64,000 nt of DNA from Candidatus Daviesbacteria bacterium (GCA_030699125.1 JAUYKM010000009.1:108647-172646), one strand, 5' to 3'; numbered from the stretch's first letter, positions 19,054 to 30,172 are shown. Notes: a model not told the origin generated them from the sequence alone. Translations and numbers: made by a program.

Positions 19054-20669
19054 TCAAGCTACAAGTTATTCTTTTATTGCTAGCAATAACTATTATAGGT
19101 GCAGTACTGAGATTTACCAATCTTACCAACAACCCTCCCAGTTTAAATATTGATGAAGTAGCTTACGGGTATAGCGCTTATTCTATTTTGAAAACCGGTA
19201 AAGATGAGAATGGTAAATTTATGCCGATAGCCTTTAGATCAATTGGTGATTACAAAAGTCCGGTACTGATATACTCATTAGTTCCTTCAATTGCCCTTTT
19301 TGGATTAAATGAATTTGGCGTCCGATTCACCACTGTCTTAGCCGGAGTATTGTCTATACCATTGATCTTTTTATTAATAAATATCCTGACTCACAATTTT
19401 AAGATATCATTGGTTGGAGCGGCATTTTTATCAACTTCTCCTTGGCATATTTATTACTCGCGATTTGCCTCTGATCACATGATGGGGACATTTTTTCTGA
19501 TGCTGGGTTTCATTTTCTTCCATAAGTTACTCGCGGGATTTAAAGTCTGGTTGCCGGCAGCCATTTTTTTAGCTGCCTCTATGTACTCATATCATTCGCA
19601 TAGACTTTTTATACCGCTTTTTATTGGATCAGTTCTTATCTTTAATCATAGGATAATCAGACCTCCCAATATAAAAGCATTTTTAGCAATTTTCATCGTT
19701 TTAATTTTGCCATTGATCTTTTTAACATTATTTGGCCCCCTTAATACCAGAGCGCAAATGGTATTTTTATCACAAGATATTGATTACACCAGATATGTCA
19801 TACTTGATCATATTGAAAAATCTGGAGAGAATTCTCTTTTATTTTTCTTTTGGGCAAAAAGATATTTGAATTATTTTCAGCCGGATTTTCTTTTTTTCAA
19901 TGGTCTAAATATGACTTCCCCCGGCACCCTGGGATTGGGAGTCTTGCATCTCTTTGAGTTTCCATTGCTTGTACTGGGGATTATTCACTTGATACAAAAA
20001 AAGTCAAACTTTAAAAAATTAATTATCCTTTGGATTTTGATAGGACTGGTGCCTGCCTCAGTTACCAACAATGAGCAGAGTGCTGGTAGGAGCCTGCTTA
20101 TTTTACCAGCCTTGGTCGTTGTGATAAGTTTGGGCACCATATATTTTTTTAAAATAGTTAAGAATTTATCAAATATTTTTCTAAAAACTGCTGTATTGGG
20201 ATTGCTTACTCTTTTAACGTTTATCTCTTTGGTCCATGCTTTTTTGGTATTTAGTGTTTATTTTCCAAATGAGCGGGGCGAGGCTTTCATGGAGGGAACA
20301 AAAGAAACTGTTTTGTATGCACTGGAAAACAAGGACAAATACCGGGAAATTGTTTTTGATCCATATCGGGGAATAGAGGCTCAAAATATTGTTAATATTC
20401 CATATATGTACGTTTTATTCTATTCTCAGTATGATCCGGTTAAATTTCAAACTGAACAAAAGGAAAATCAGGGTGAGATTTTCAAATTCGATAAATTTGT
20501 ATTTAGAAGGATTGATTGGAGACAAGATAGATTAAAAAGGGGAATTTTATTTGTAGGTAGCCCCTGGAGTCTGCCTCTTCAAGATATTAGAGAGGAAGAG
20601 ATATTGAAAAAAATATACTTAACCAATGGAAATTTGGCGCTTCTGGTAGTTTCTCCCCATCCGGATTAA
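19050..20669 (+). CDS. ArnT/PMT-like GT-C glycosyltransferase
   Basis: PPSLNIDEVAYGYSAYSILKTGKDENG...GDYKSP, FGLNEFGVRF, SPWHIYYSR. Confidence 0.8.
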   Translation: MIKLQVILLLLAITIIGAVLRFTNLTNNPPSLNIDEVAYGYSAYSILKTGKDENGKFMPIAFRSIGDYKSPVLIYSLVPSIALFGLNEFGVRFTTVLAGVLSIPLIFLLINILTHNFKISLVGAAFLSTSPWHIYYSRFASDHMMGTFFLMLGFIFFHKLLAGFKVWLPAAIFLAASMYSYHSHRLFIPLFIGSVLIFNHRIIRPPNIKAFLAIFIVLILPLIFLTLFGPLNTRAQMVFLSQDIDYTRYVILDHIEKSGENSLLFFFWAKRYLNYFQPDFLFFNGLNMTSPGTLGLGVLHLFEFPLLVLGIIHLIQKKSNFKKLIILWILIGLVPASVTNNEQSAGRSLLILPALVVVISLGTIYFFKIVKNLSNIFLKTAVLGLLTLLTFISLVHAFLVFSVYFPNERGEAFMEGTKETVLYALENKDKYREIVFDPYRGIEAQNIVNIPYMYVLFYSQYDPVKFQTEQKENQGEIFKFDKFVFRRIDWRQDRLKRGILFVGSPWSLPLQDIREEEILKKIYLTNGNLALLVVSPHPD

Positions 20670-20670
20670 A

Positions 20671-23100
20671 TTAAAAGGACTTTCTTTTTACTGAAATAAT
20701 AGTTATGGCCAAAAGAGTGATGATAGTTAAGATTGAGATCATTAAACCGGTTTCAAATGATTTAGGTAAATAAGAAAAAATAATTTCATGATGACCGGCT
20801 GGAACTTTAATAGCCCTGAAGATCAAATTCGCTTTTGATATTTTTGTCTCTTCCCCGTCTAGGGTGGCTCTCCATCCATCTTCGTATTGATCGGCTAATA
20901 TCAAGATTTCTTCATTTGTGGTTTTAGTTTCTAATCTTACAGAATTGGGTGAATAATCGGTAATTTTAATCTCTCCATCGCCTGTAATATCAGTAACGTC
21001 TAAATTCTCGGATAAGACAGTAATTTCTTTGGGATTAAAATTCGCCTTTGATAATAATCCTTCTGCATTAACAGGTTCAATAATAATTGATTTAGCAAAG
21101 TAGGCTCTCTCCAAAGCGTTAGGATTTTTCAATATGACAAACGATTTTCCTTTATAGATAATTTGATAATCTGTATCTTTAAATTTATAGTACAGTTCAT
21201 CGCCGGGTATGCGCCCTTCCTTATCCCTCAATATCCCTACAAAATATTTGGCATTTAAGATATCAAGGAAAGGAGATTGATATGATGAAGAAAGTTCGGC
21301 ATATCGGCTTACTGCCGCATTTTGGAAATTGCCAGTATTTAAAAAATTCATAAATTTGGCGTAACTTTCTAAATATATGGGATCATATCCTTCAAAAGAT
21401 TGGACTCCGTATGCCATCCAGGTATTCGGAGGGAAAACTTCCGCATGCTCTCTCCCTACCCTAAATATGCCGGGCTGTTTTTTTAAAACAGTTAGGTCAT
21501 GAATCTCGGGAAAAATTAAATTTTGGTTAACAAACGGATTAAATTTTATAAAATACCTACCCAGATCAAAAGAGACCAAAAAAAGTAAAATTAGTCCTAT
21601 TAGTTTGAATTGGTATTTATGAAAAAAATTTATTTTCTGTTTTAGCAACAAGAATAAAACGAATAAAGAAACTAAGCTAAAAGGTAAGATAGAATTTTTT
21701 AAAGATACTTTAAAATTGGTAATATCATATTGGAGGTGATTAACCAAAGAGTCGGAAGGGGAGAGCATGATAGTGACCTTAAGGAATAAGTAAGATAAAA
21801 TAATGCCTAAAATCGCCCCAATTATGGCCGAGAATACCCAAATCGAAGTTTTAGTTAACCTACTTAGTGACCTACTATTTAAGGTTGAATCCAATGCAAA
21901 TGCGGATAAAATTGCGCCGGAAAAAGATATTATAAAAAGCATTCTGGAGGCAAAAGAAGAAGTTAAAATAGGTATTTCCAACTGATAAATAAGTTTGGAG
22001 ATAGGATTTTCAAAGACAAAAACTAGGGAAAAGATAAATAAATAAATAAAGAAAGCAACTCTTCTATCCTTTTTGAGATAAATTAAGGCAAGTAGAATCA
22101 AAGGAATAGATAAACTTCCCAAAAAACCGCTGGTTTCAGAATAATTCAAATATCCCCAGTAGTTTCTGGTAACGGGATGTCCGAAAAAATCCGCCATATA
22201 AAATTTTAAAAAATCCTGTAAAGGTAAAAGACCAAAATTGCTTTGTTCTATATAAGTTTCACTTACCCTGATGGATTTATTTAGAAGATCTAGACTAGGG
22301 AGGATTTGTATCGCAAGTAGTGGGATGGTAGTTAAAATGGCAATAATTGGTGTTATTAGATGATAATTTTTGAACTGATTATCTTTAAATTTAGTAACAA
22401 CAATATATGAAAACAGAATAATAAAAGAATAGGTGGAAATTTGGGCATGTCCAGCTAAAATTATTAAAGATAGAGCAAATATCAGTAGGAATAAGTATCT
22501 TGATTTAAAATCTGAAAAATATTTCTCAATTGCAAACAAACTTAGGGGAAGAAAAGATAAAGCATGCCCGGCTGTGCCAAGTTCCAGCCAGGTAGTCATA
22601 AGCCCCCCTAAAGCAAATATGATTGAGCCTGTTATTCTAGCAATAGGTGATTTAGTCCAAAGTGACAATAATAAATACATAGTTATTAAGGAAATTAATG
22701 TCTGGGAAAAAATAAAGAGTCCCCACCCGGTATACTTAGGAAGAATTAGTAAGAAATTTAGGGGAAAAAGCGTTGCAGAATGATAAGTTGCCAAAAAAGG
22801 GGTGCCGGCAAATGAATAAGGATTCCAGAGTGGCCATTGAGCAGTTTTGATTATATCAACTGAGAGATATTTCCATAAAAAAAATTGGGAAAAAACATCC
22901 GAAATTAGGGGATTTTGAACAGGAATTTTATAATAATCAAACCAGGGGGAGTAGCTAGCAACTAACAAATCACCGGGAAATGGAATCTGATTAAATAAAA
23001 ATAATTTGTAATAAATAATTACAGCAAATAGTAGTAAAACTAAAAAAGGAAAGTACCTAGATTGAGTGACGAGATAAATTTTTCGGATAATCTTTTTCAT
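20671..23100 (-). CDS. yfhO: YfhO-family membrane protein (GT-C)
   Basis: 809 aa. WPLWNPYSFAGTPFLA, AGHAQ, and C-terminal LADQYEDGWRATLDG...ANLIFRAIKVPAGHHEIIFSYLP typical of YfhO. Confidence 0.8.
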   Translation of the reverse strand: MKKIIRKIYLVTQSRYFPFLVLLLFAVIIYYKLFLFNQIPFPGDLLVASYSPWFDYYKIPVQNPLISDVFSQFFLWKYLSVDIIKTAQWPLWNPYSFAGTPFLATYHSATLFPLNFLLILPKYTGWGLFIFSQTLISLITMYLLLSLWTKSPIARITGSIIFALGGLMTTWLELGTAGHALSFLPLSLFAIEKYFSDFKSRYLFLLIFALSLIILAGHAQISTYSFIILFSYIVVTKFKDNQFKNYHLITPIIAILTTIPLLAIQILPSLDLLNKSIRVSETYIEQSNFGLLPLQDFLKFYMADFFGHPVTRNYWGYLNYSETSGFLGSLSIPLILLALIYLKKDRRVAFFIYLFIFSLVFVFENPISKLIYQLEIPILTSSFASRMLFIISFSGAILSAFALDSTLNSRSLSRLTKTSIWVFSAIIGAILGIILSYLFLKVTIMLSPSDSLVNHLQYDITNFKVSLKNSILPFSLVSLFVLFLLLKQKINFFHKYQFKLIGLILLFLVSFDLGRYFIKFNPFVNQNLIFPEIHDLTVLKKQPGIFRVGREHAEVFPPNTWMAYGVQSFEGYDPIYLESYAKFMNFLNTGNFQNAAVSRYAELSSSYQSPFLDILNAKYFVGILRDKEGRIPGDELYYKFKDTDYQIIYKGKSFVILKNPNALERAYFAKSIIIEPVNAEGLLSKANFNPKEITVLSENLDVTDITGDGEIKITDYSPNSVRLETKTTNEEILILADQYEDGWRATLDGEETKISKANLIFRAIKVPAGHHEIIFSYLPKSFETGLMISILTIITLLAITIISVKRKSF

Positions 23101-23120
23101 AAAATGTACCTGTCTAGCAT

Positions 23121-23149
23121 TTTACATCATTTGGTTTAACTGTTAAGAT
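23121..23149 (+). promoter_or_regulatory. Sigma70-type promoter, probably leaderless
   Basis: TTTACA(23121)-17 bp-TAAGAT(23144) with an extended TG; ATG lies 7 nt downstream. Confidence 0.55.
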
Positions 23150-23156
23150 TTAAATT

Positions 23157-24056
23157 ATGCATCAGAAGATCTCAGTAGTAATCAATACCTATAATGAAGA
23201 AAAAAATATTGAACGGGCCATAAAAAGTGTAGCCTGGGCAGATGAAATTCTAGTTTGTGATATGCGCTCGGAAGATAATACAGTTGAAATTGCCGAAAAA
23301 ATGGGGGCTAAGGTGATATTTTGCAAAAGAGAGGATTATGTGGAACCGGTCAGAAATTTTGCAATTACCAAGGCACAGGGACCATGGATATTAATTTTAG
23401 ATGCAGATGAGGAGACCCCCCCAAGCTTAGATAATAGGTTAAAGGAAATTACAAAAAAAATGAAGGAAATGGATTATATTAGAATCCCCCGTAAGAATTT
23501 AATATTTGGTAAATGGATGAAAGCCTCAATGTGGTGGCCGGATTTGAATATTAGATTTTTCAAAAAAGGAAAAGTAGAATGGAGTGATAAAATTCATAGA
23601 CCACCAAAAGTAATAGGAGAAGGCATAGACCTGCCATTAGATGAAAAGTTTGCCATTATCCACCATCACTATGATTCAGTTTCTCAATTTTTAGAAAGAA
23701 TGATCAAATACACAAAGATTCAGGCAAAAGAATTAAAAGAAGAGGAATATAATTTTGACTGGAAAGATCTTATCAAAAAGCCTTTGGGTGAATTCTTATC
23801 AAGATTTTTTGCCAATCGGGGTTTTGAAGATGGCCTACATGGTTTAGGTCTAAGTTTACTCCAGGCTTTTTCACATCTGGTTGTTTATCTCCGAGTCTGG
23901 GAAATGGAAAAATTTGACCAAAAGGAGATCGATATCAGTGAAGCTAAATCCCTAAGAGATGAATCAGGCCGAGAAATTAATTGGTGGTTTGAACATGTTT
24001 CAAGAAGTGGTGTTAAAGGACTTTTCAAAAAAATAAAAGAAAATTTTGCTAAATAA
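23157..24056 (+). CDS. GT2 glycosyltransferase (beta-1,4-glucosyltransferase/KdtX-like)
   Basis: ISVVINTYNEE, WILILDADE, IPRKN, IH.P, GFEDG..GL. Confidence 0.85.
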   Translation: MHQKISVVINTYNEEKNIERAIKSVAWADEILVCDMRSEDNTVEIAEKMGAKVIFCKREDYVEPVRNFAITKAQGPWILILDADEETPPSLDNRLKEITKKMKEMDYIRIPRKNLIFGKWMKASMWWPDLNIRFFKKGKVEWSDKIHRPPKVIGEGIDLPLDEKFAIIHHHYDSVSQFLERMIKYTKIQAKELKEEEYNFDWKDLIKKPLGEFLSRFFANRGFEDGLHGLGLSLLQAFSHLVVYLRVWEMEKFDQKEIDISEAKSLRDESGREINWWFEHVSRSGVKGLFKKIKENFAK

Positions 24057-24059
24057 CCT

Positions 24060-24866
24060 ATGTTAAGCGTAATCGTTATCACCAAAAACGAAGCAGAAAG
24101 GATAAAAGTCTGTCTAGAATCCATTAAATGGGTTGATGAAATTATCATTGCTGATAATGGTTCCTCAGATAAAACTTTAGAAATTGCCAAAGAATACACC
24201 GATAAAATATTGAAATTTAATGATCTTGATTTTGCCGTATTAAGAAATAAAGCTTTTGAGCAGTCTAGAGGAGATTGGGTTCTATATGTTGATGCTGACG
24301 AGAGAGTATTAACTGATTTAAAAAATGAAATTGAGACGCTTGTATCTTTTTCAAAAGAATCAGCTTTTGCCATCTCCAGGAAAAATATTATTTTTGGGGT
24401 TGAAGTAAAATACACTCCATTCTGGCCTGATTGGGTAGTAAGACTTATAAAAAGATCTGATTTCATAGAATGGGTAGGTATGGTTCATGAGTACCCAAAA
24501 TTTAACGGGAATTTGGGTTATACCAAAAATTCCTTATTACACTTAACACATAGAGATATAGATCAGATTGTTTTAAAAAGTCTGGATTGGTCTAAGATTG
24601 ACGCCAAATTAAGATTTGATGCCAAACACCCGAAAATGAATGGTTGGAGGTTTTTAAGAATTTTTATTACTGAAATTTTCAATCAGGGTATTGCAAGAAG
24701 AGGATTTTTTAATGGGACCGCCAGTGTAATGGACTCCCTTTTGCAAGCTTTTAGCATGTACATAACTTATGTTAGATTATGGCAGCTGCAACAGCCAAAA
24801 TCCCTGGATAAAGTTTATGATGAGATAGACAAAAAACTAATCGAAGATGCTTTTCAATATAAATAG
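24060..24866 (+). CDS. GT2 glycosyltransferase (KdtX-like)
   Basis: SVIVITKNE, DNGSSD, WVLYVDADER, VHEYP. Confidence 0.85.
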   Translation: MLSVIVITKNEAERIKVCLESIKWVDEIIIADNGSSDKTLEIAKEYTDKILKFNDLDFAVLRNKAFEQSRGDWVLYVDADERVLTDLKNEIETLVSFSKESAFAISRKNIIFGVEVKYTPFWPDWVVRLIKRSDFIEWVGMVHEYPKFNGNLGYTKNSLLHLTHRDIDQIVLKSLDWSKIDAKLRFDAKHPKMNGWRFLRIFITEIFNQGIARRGFFNGTASVMDSLLQAFSMYITYVRLWQLQQPKSLDKVYDEIDKKLIEDAFQYK

Positions 24867-25940
24867 ATGAAAACTGCAATTTATTCCCCATATCTTGATA
24901 CTTTAGGTGGGGGAGAGAAATATATGATGACAATTGCGGAAATTCTTCTTAAAAATGGCTTCTTGGTAGATATACTGCTTGATAAACATTTGCTTGATTT
25001 TAAAGAGCTTAAGAGTAGTCTAGAAAAGAGATTTAATCTCAATTTGAGCAGTGCGAATTTTACTGGCGCCCCAATAGGTAAAGGCTCAGACTTTTTTTCA
25101 AGATTTATTTTTTTAAAAAAATATGATGTATTATTCTACTTAACTGATGGAAGTATTTTTTATCCAACTGCAAAAAAAAATATTTTGCATATTCAATCAC
25201 CCTTGATTGGCCAGCCTGCAAAAAGCACTTTAGGAAAAATTAAATTAAAGGGGTGGGATTTGATAATCTATAATTCTAAATTTACTCAAAAGTATGCAAA
25301 AGATAATTGGCCGATTAAATCGAAAGTCGTCTACCCTCCTATTGATATTAAAAAAATAGAACCTTTAAAAAAGGAGAAGTATATTTTATCAGTGGGCAGA
25401 TTCTTTGGTTTTCTAAAAGATAAAAAACACTCAATCTTAATCAAAACTTTTAGAAATCTCTATACTAAAAAGAAAATCAAGGATTGGAGTTTTTATTTGG
25501 TTGGTTCAGCAAGCAAAGGAGATACATCATATGTGAATGAACTGAAAAAATTATCGAGGGGGTTACCTATTATATTTTACCCCAATTTAAATTATGATAG
25601 ACTGATTCAAGTTTATGGTAAATCCAGTATTTACTGGCATGCTTCAGGTTATGGAGAGAATAATCCAACTAAAATGGAACATTTTGGTATATCGACAGTT
25701 GAAGCAATGGCGGCAGGGTCAGTGCCGGTGGTGATTGGAAAGGGCGGCCAAGTTGAGATTGTTGATGATGGTAAAAATGGTTTTCTTTGGAATAACCTTT
25801 CAGAATTGGAAAATAAGAGTTTGCAATTGATGGATGATGACAAACTGAGAATTAGAATGTCTCAAGAGGCTGTTAAAAAAGCTGCCGATTTCGATAAGAG
25901 TATCTTTGAAGCGAAAATTAAAGAAATTGTAAATATATGA
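24867..25940 (+). CDS. GT4 glycosyltransferase
   Basis: GGGEKY, SVGRF, EHFGISTVEAMAAG.VPV. Confidence 0.9.
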   Translation: MKTAIYSPYLDTLGGGEKYMMTIAEILLKNGFLVDILLDKHLLDFKELKSSLEKRFNLNLSSANFTGAPIGKGSDFFSRFIFLKKYDVLFYLTDGSIFYPTAKKNILHIQSPLIGQPAKSTLGKIKLKGWDLIIYNSKFTQKYAKDNWPIKSKVVYPPIDIKKIEPLKKEKYILSVGRFFGFLKDKKHSILIKTFRNLYTKKKIKDWSFYLVGSASKGDTSYVNELKKLSRGLPIIFYPNLNYDRLIQVYGKSSIYWHASGYGENNPTKMEHFGISTVEAMAAGSVPVVIGKGGQVEIVDDGKNGFLWNNLSELENKSLQLMDDDKLRIRMSQEAVKKAADFDKSIFEAKIKEIVNI

Positions 25941-27061
25941 GTAAGATTTGGATTATTATAATTTTAGCAATAGCTCTAAGAATATTTTTATCATTGGCGA
26001 CATATCATCCTGATATTGCTGCGTTAGCAAATGGTGGACAATTTATCGCCAGCGGGCATATTTTGAATTTATATGATTTCAGTTCTGATACTTTAGTATT
26101 AAATTATCCCCCTTTAATCTATTGGTACTTTGGATTTTTTGATCTCTTCTTTAATGGGATTTTCGGACTTCTTAAACTCCCTTATCTTATTTTTGATCTC
26201 CTTTTAGGTTTTTTACTTTATAAAATGGTTGAGCCAAAGAAGGCATTATTGGCTTTTACAGTATGGATGTTTAATCCTATCAGTCTTTACGCCACCTATA
26301 TGATGGGGCAATTTGATATAATTCCTACTTTTTTCTCCGTGCTTTCCATTTATTTAGCAATTAAGAATAAATTAGCTTTGGCTGCATTGGCTTTAGGGGG
26401 TGGAATAGCGTTTAAACTATATCCGGTATTTTTGATCATTCCTTTAATTCTTTTAAGTAAAAGATGGTGGATGAGGGCTAAAATAATAATTCTGACGATT
26501 TTGCCTTATTTAGTTTCCGTATTGCCTTATCTTTCGTCAGTTAATTTTAGAACAAATGCTTTATTTGCCAACCAGAGTTCAAAAAGTCTATATGCCTCAA
26601 TTCCAGTTTCAGGGGGGGAATCTATACTACTTTTTCCGACAATGCTTATAGTTTTTTACCTTTTAATTTGGAATGAGGCAACTAATAAAATGAATTTATG
26701 GAAAGTTTATTTGATACCATTACTGGTATTTTTTATATTGACCCACTTCCATCCTCAGTGGTTAATTTGGGTATTCCCATATCTGATTTTGGAATTAATC
26801 AATAATGACTTCAAAAACTGGATAGCTCAATTTTTACTCTTGATAAGTTGGATTATCTCCTTATTCTTCTTTGACCCTTCTTTAACAATCGGATTATTTG
26901 CACCTTTATTCCCGTTTCTAAATAACTTACCAAGCATTTGGATAATGATGGGAATATCAATGGATTACAATTTTTCAAGGGCTATTCTTCAGACAGTTTT
27001 TGCGGCATCTGCACTTCTTTTGATTGTTAGAAATTTTCCCAAAAATGCTTTTCAAAAATAA
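25937..27061 (+). CDS. GT87/PIG-M-like GT-C glycosyltransferase
   Basis: HPD, NYPPL, LKLP...FD, W.FNP, GQFD..P, K.YP and HPQW motifs; polytopic. Confidence 0.65.
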   Translation: MSKIWIIIILAIALRIFLSLATYHPDIAALANGGQFIASGHILNLYDFSSDTLVLNYPPLIYWYFGFFDLFFNGIFGLLKLPYLIFDLLLGFLLYKMVEPKKALLAFTVWMFNPISLYATYMMGQFDIIPTFFSVLSIYLAIKNKLALAALALGGGIAFKLYPVFLIIPLILLSKRWWMRAKIIILTILPYLVSVLPYLSSVNFRTNALFANQSSKSLYASIPVSGGESILLFPTMLIVFYLLIWNEATNKMNLWKVYLIPLLVFFILTHFHPQWLIWVFPYLILELINNDFKNWIAQFLLLISWIISLFFFDPSLTIGLFAPLFPFLNNLPSIWIMMGISMDYNFSRAILQTVFAASALLLIVRNFPKNAFQK

Positions 27062-28538
27062 TTTCCTAATAAGTAAAACTTTTTTAGTAGTATTATTTTA
27101 TATAGTAAGTTGGTTTCTCTTAAGTTTTAAAATTTTGGATGTTCCTCCGGGAATAAATGGTGATGAGGCCATCATTGGTTACAATGCCGCTTTAATTACG
27201 AAGAACGGTTATGATTCAACTGGAAAATTCTTACCTCTTTTTACCAGAGTACCTAACTCAAATGATTGGAAGCAGCCCGTTACTCTCTATGTAACTGTAC
27301 TGGCATTTAAACTATTTGGACCATCATTTCTTGTCCTAAGAAGTGTCAGTGTGGCGGTGGCGCTTTTAGGAGGAATAATTATATTTCTTTTGATTAAAAA
27401 AATCCTGGGATTTAGAATTGCAATCGGGGGGCTGATATTGTTTATATCAACTCCAATCATCTTTATTCAATCGCACTTGGCTTTGGAAAATATAGCTCCA
27501 GTTCCCTTCGTAGCTTTCTGGTTAATAATGCTGGCAAGTTATACAGTAAAGAGAAATAAAATCTTTTTGTCAGTTGCAGGAATATCTTTAGGAGTCAGTA
27601 TCTTCTCTTACTTGGGGATGAGAATGATAACTCCGATACTGATATTGATAAGCTTGGGCTACATATTTTACTTAAATCGTCAAAAACGTGCCCTAATTTT
27701 TAATCATTTAACTTGGTTTCTTTCCGGTATTATCCCATTTTCTATTTTGCTAATATTTTCAAGATCTTTTTATCCGGGAGCAATATTGGGGTTATACAGA
27801 GCAGTTGAAATCCAGGACTATCAATCATTTTTCTTACCATTCTTATCATCATTTGATTTATCGTTTCTCTATATCTTAGGCGATTCAACACCTTATCACT
27901 CTACCGGAAGAGGAGGAATGTTTCTTCTAGCAAGTTTGCCGCTATTTTTTCTTGGTATTATAAGTACCATAAAAAAAAGGAATTCCTTTTCAGTTCTTTG
28001 CCTGATCACCTTTTTATTAATCCCTATTCTTTTTGGCTTGGGATCTACCATACATAGAGCCAGTAGACTTTTGGCGCTAGTCCCACCCTATATTATTATT
28101 TCCTGTTTTGGCTTTCAATTAATTGATGAAATTAAGCAAAAGGCAATAAAACTCTTAGTTCTAACTGCAATTTTATTTTTGATTTTGTTAAATTTCATTG
28201 ATTTCACTAAGGATTACTGGTATCAATATCCCCAAAGGGTGAGGGCGCAATTTGCAAAGCCCATTCATATTGTTTTTGATAGAGCTCAACATCTGCTAAA
28301 GGAAAATCAATCTGAAATATATATCCAGAAAGATTTTTTTTCGGAAAGTGATTTTACTGTCAATTTTTTTGAACAAGCCTATTTTCCAGATGGATCATCT
28401 AAATGGTCGACAAATCAAACCTTACCCTCCAAGGCGTTACTTATTGCTGATCCTAATGTTATTCCCCAAAGCTTGAAACAAAATTTAGTGAACTATAGTT
28501 CAGGACTAGAAGGTTTTAGCATTTTTGTTGCAAAATAA
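27045..28538 (+). CDS. ArnT/PMT-like GT-C glycosyltransferase
   Basis: PPGINGDEAIIGYNA...GYDSTG...WKQP, GDSTPYH. First ATG is at 27045. Confidence 0.8.
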   Translation: MLFKNNFLISKTFLVVLFYIVSWFLLSFKILDVPPGINGDEAIIGYNAALITKNGYDSTGKFLPLFTRVPNSNDWKQPVTLYVTVLAFKLFGPSFLVLRSVSVAVALLGGIIIFLLIKKILGFRIAIGGLILFISTPIIFIQSHLALENIAPVPFVAFWLIMLASYTVKRNKIFLSVAGISLGVSIFSYLGMRMITPILILISLGYIFYLNRQKRALIFNHLTWFLSGIIPFSILLIFSRSFYPGAILGLYRAVEIQDYQSFFLPFLSSFDLSFLYILGDSTPYHSTGRGGMFLLASLPLFFLGIISTIKKRNSFSVLCLITFLLIPILFGLGSTIHRASRLLALVPPYIIISCFGFQLIDEIKQKAIKLLVLTAILFLILLNFIDFTKDYWYQYPQRVRAQFAKPIHIVFDRAQHLLKENQSEIYIQKDFFSESDFTVNFFEQAYFPDGSSKWSTNQTLPSKALLIADPNVIPQSLKQNLVNYSSGLEGFSIFVAK

Positions 28539-28546
28539 TCATCATA

Positions 28547-30172
28547 ATGAAACAAATAAAATCCATTGTCGGAAATAATTTGTTACTGATTACTATACTG
28601 CTGGCTTTAATTATCAGACTCATAAATATTGATTTTCCCAAATTTAGCGCAGAGGAAGCACAAGTAGCATCCCGTGCCAATTTTCTAATTAGTCACGGAA
28701 CAGATGAATTGGGTAGAAAACTTCCCTTTATTTTCAATTCCTCCTATGATTATCAATTGCCACTCACCTCATATATAACAGCATTTGGAGTACTGATATT
28801 TTCTAATAATGACTTAGGGGTAAGGCTACCGTTTATTTTAATTGGTATATTAATAGTTATATTAATTTATTTTATTTCGAAAATCTTATTTAAAGATAAG
28901 AAATTGGCCTATTTTTCAGCAATAATTGCAGTCGCTTCCCCTGGATTAGTATTCTTTTCTAAAATTCCCAATGAGTATATTGTATTAATAGTTCTTATGC
29001 TGATATTAATTTTGCTACTTCTGCAAGAGAAGATAAATAAATTTTTTATCATTACAGCCGTAATCTTACTGCTTATGACATCTAAGTTGGCATGGTTTAT
29101 CACCGTGCCCATTATTTTATTAAGCTTTTTCTTAAGAAATGATCTTAGTAGAGGAGAAAAGATTAACCTAATTGTTTTAGGCAGTATCCCAAATATATTG
29201 ATGGTTTATATTTTTCTTAATATCCCACAGGGAGGGAGGAGTTTAATAGAAAATAATTTTTCTATCCTTAATGATCTTAGCATCAAAAACGGGATAGATA
29301 GATTAAGGGGTCAGCAAATTGATGGTTGGCCTAATCTTTTAGATAGAATTTTACTAAATAAATCTTTTTTAATTATCGCCTCCTTTTTTCACTGGTTGTC
29401 TTATCTTCAGCCATCGTCTTTATTCGGACAGATAGATGCAAGTGGTAAATTTGGCTTTCTCAACCAGGGAGGATTGTCTAAAATCATTATCATCCCCCTT
29501 CTTATTGGATTAGTTCATTTAATAAAAGAGAAAAACAAAAAGGTTCTTACATTTTTTTTATTTGCCATACTTTTATCAATTCCTGGTGCACTTATTTATC
29601 CGAAAATTGAAATTGGTGTGTTAATTATCATTTTGCCCTTTTTGATATTGATTTCTGCATTCGGGATGTCAAAACTTAAGTCTGCATTTGTGAACATAGT
29701 AATAGTATTCATAGTTTTTGAGGCAATTCTTAATTCTTTTTTTATCTCTTCTAATGTAAAAATTTCCAATACTGATCGTCCTTTCTGGATAAAGCAAATA
29801 GTTAATGAAGCATATGATTACTCAAAAGTAGCTCAAGTTTTTTTCTCGGATAAAATAGCCCCGGATCCGGCTCCCTTCATTTTTTGGTATACATCCGCAG
29901 CTCCGCCTATTTCTTCTAAAGATAACTTCCCATATAAAATAATTCAAAGAGACATTGGAGCAATAAAAATTATCAATTCCGATAGAATTTCTTATCAATG
30001 CAAAGGCGACAAAATAAATTATTTTTTTCTTAACGAAGACGAATCAAAAACTTTCGAGAAAAATGCCACAACTTTTCAAAATTTTGATACTAAATTTGAG
30101 AGGATTTATGCTGATAATTTTAATCAGGATAGAGTTTATCTATATAAATCGTCAATATGCTTGAAACAATGA
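28547..30172 (+). CDS. ArnT-like GT-C membrane protein with altered catalytic loop
   Basis: PKFSAEEA in place of PPxLxxDE; keeps GTDELG..LP..F...DYQLP and GVRLP. Confidence 0.65.
   Translation: MKQIKSIVGNNLLLITILLALIIRLINIDFPKFSAEEAQVASRANFLISHGTDELGRKLPFIFNSSYDYQLPLTSYITAFGVLIFSNNDLGVRLPFILIGILIVILIYFISKILFKDKKLAYFSAIIAVASPGLVFFSKIPNEYIVLIVLMLILILLLLQEKINKFFIITAVILLLMTSKLAWFITVPIILLSFFLRNDLSRGEKINLIVLGSIPNILMVYIFLNIPQGGRSLIENNFSILNDLSIKNGIDRLRGQQIDGWPNLLDRILLNKSFLIIASFFHWLSYLQPSSLFGQIDASGKFGFLNQGGLSKIIIIPLLIGLVHLIKEKNKKVLTFFLFAILLSIPGALIYPKIEIGVLIIILPFLILISAFGMSKLKSAFVNIVIVFIVFEAILNSFFISSNVKISNTDRPFWIKQIVNEAYDYSKVAQVFFSDKIAPDPAPFIFWYTSAAPPISSKDNFPYKIIQRDIGAIKIINSDRISYQCKGDKINYFFLNEDESKTFEKNATTFQNFDTKFERIYADNFNQDRVYLYKSSICLKQ

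Noticed and set aside
23885-24466. 193-aa minus-strand ORF
   Set aside because: Antisense shadow of two well-supported GT2 genes, with no recognisable motifs.
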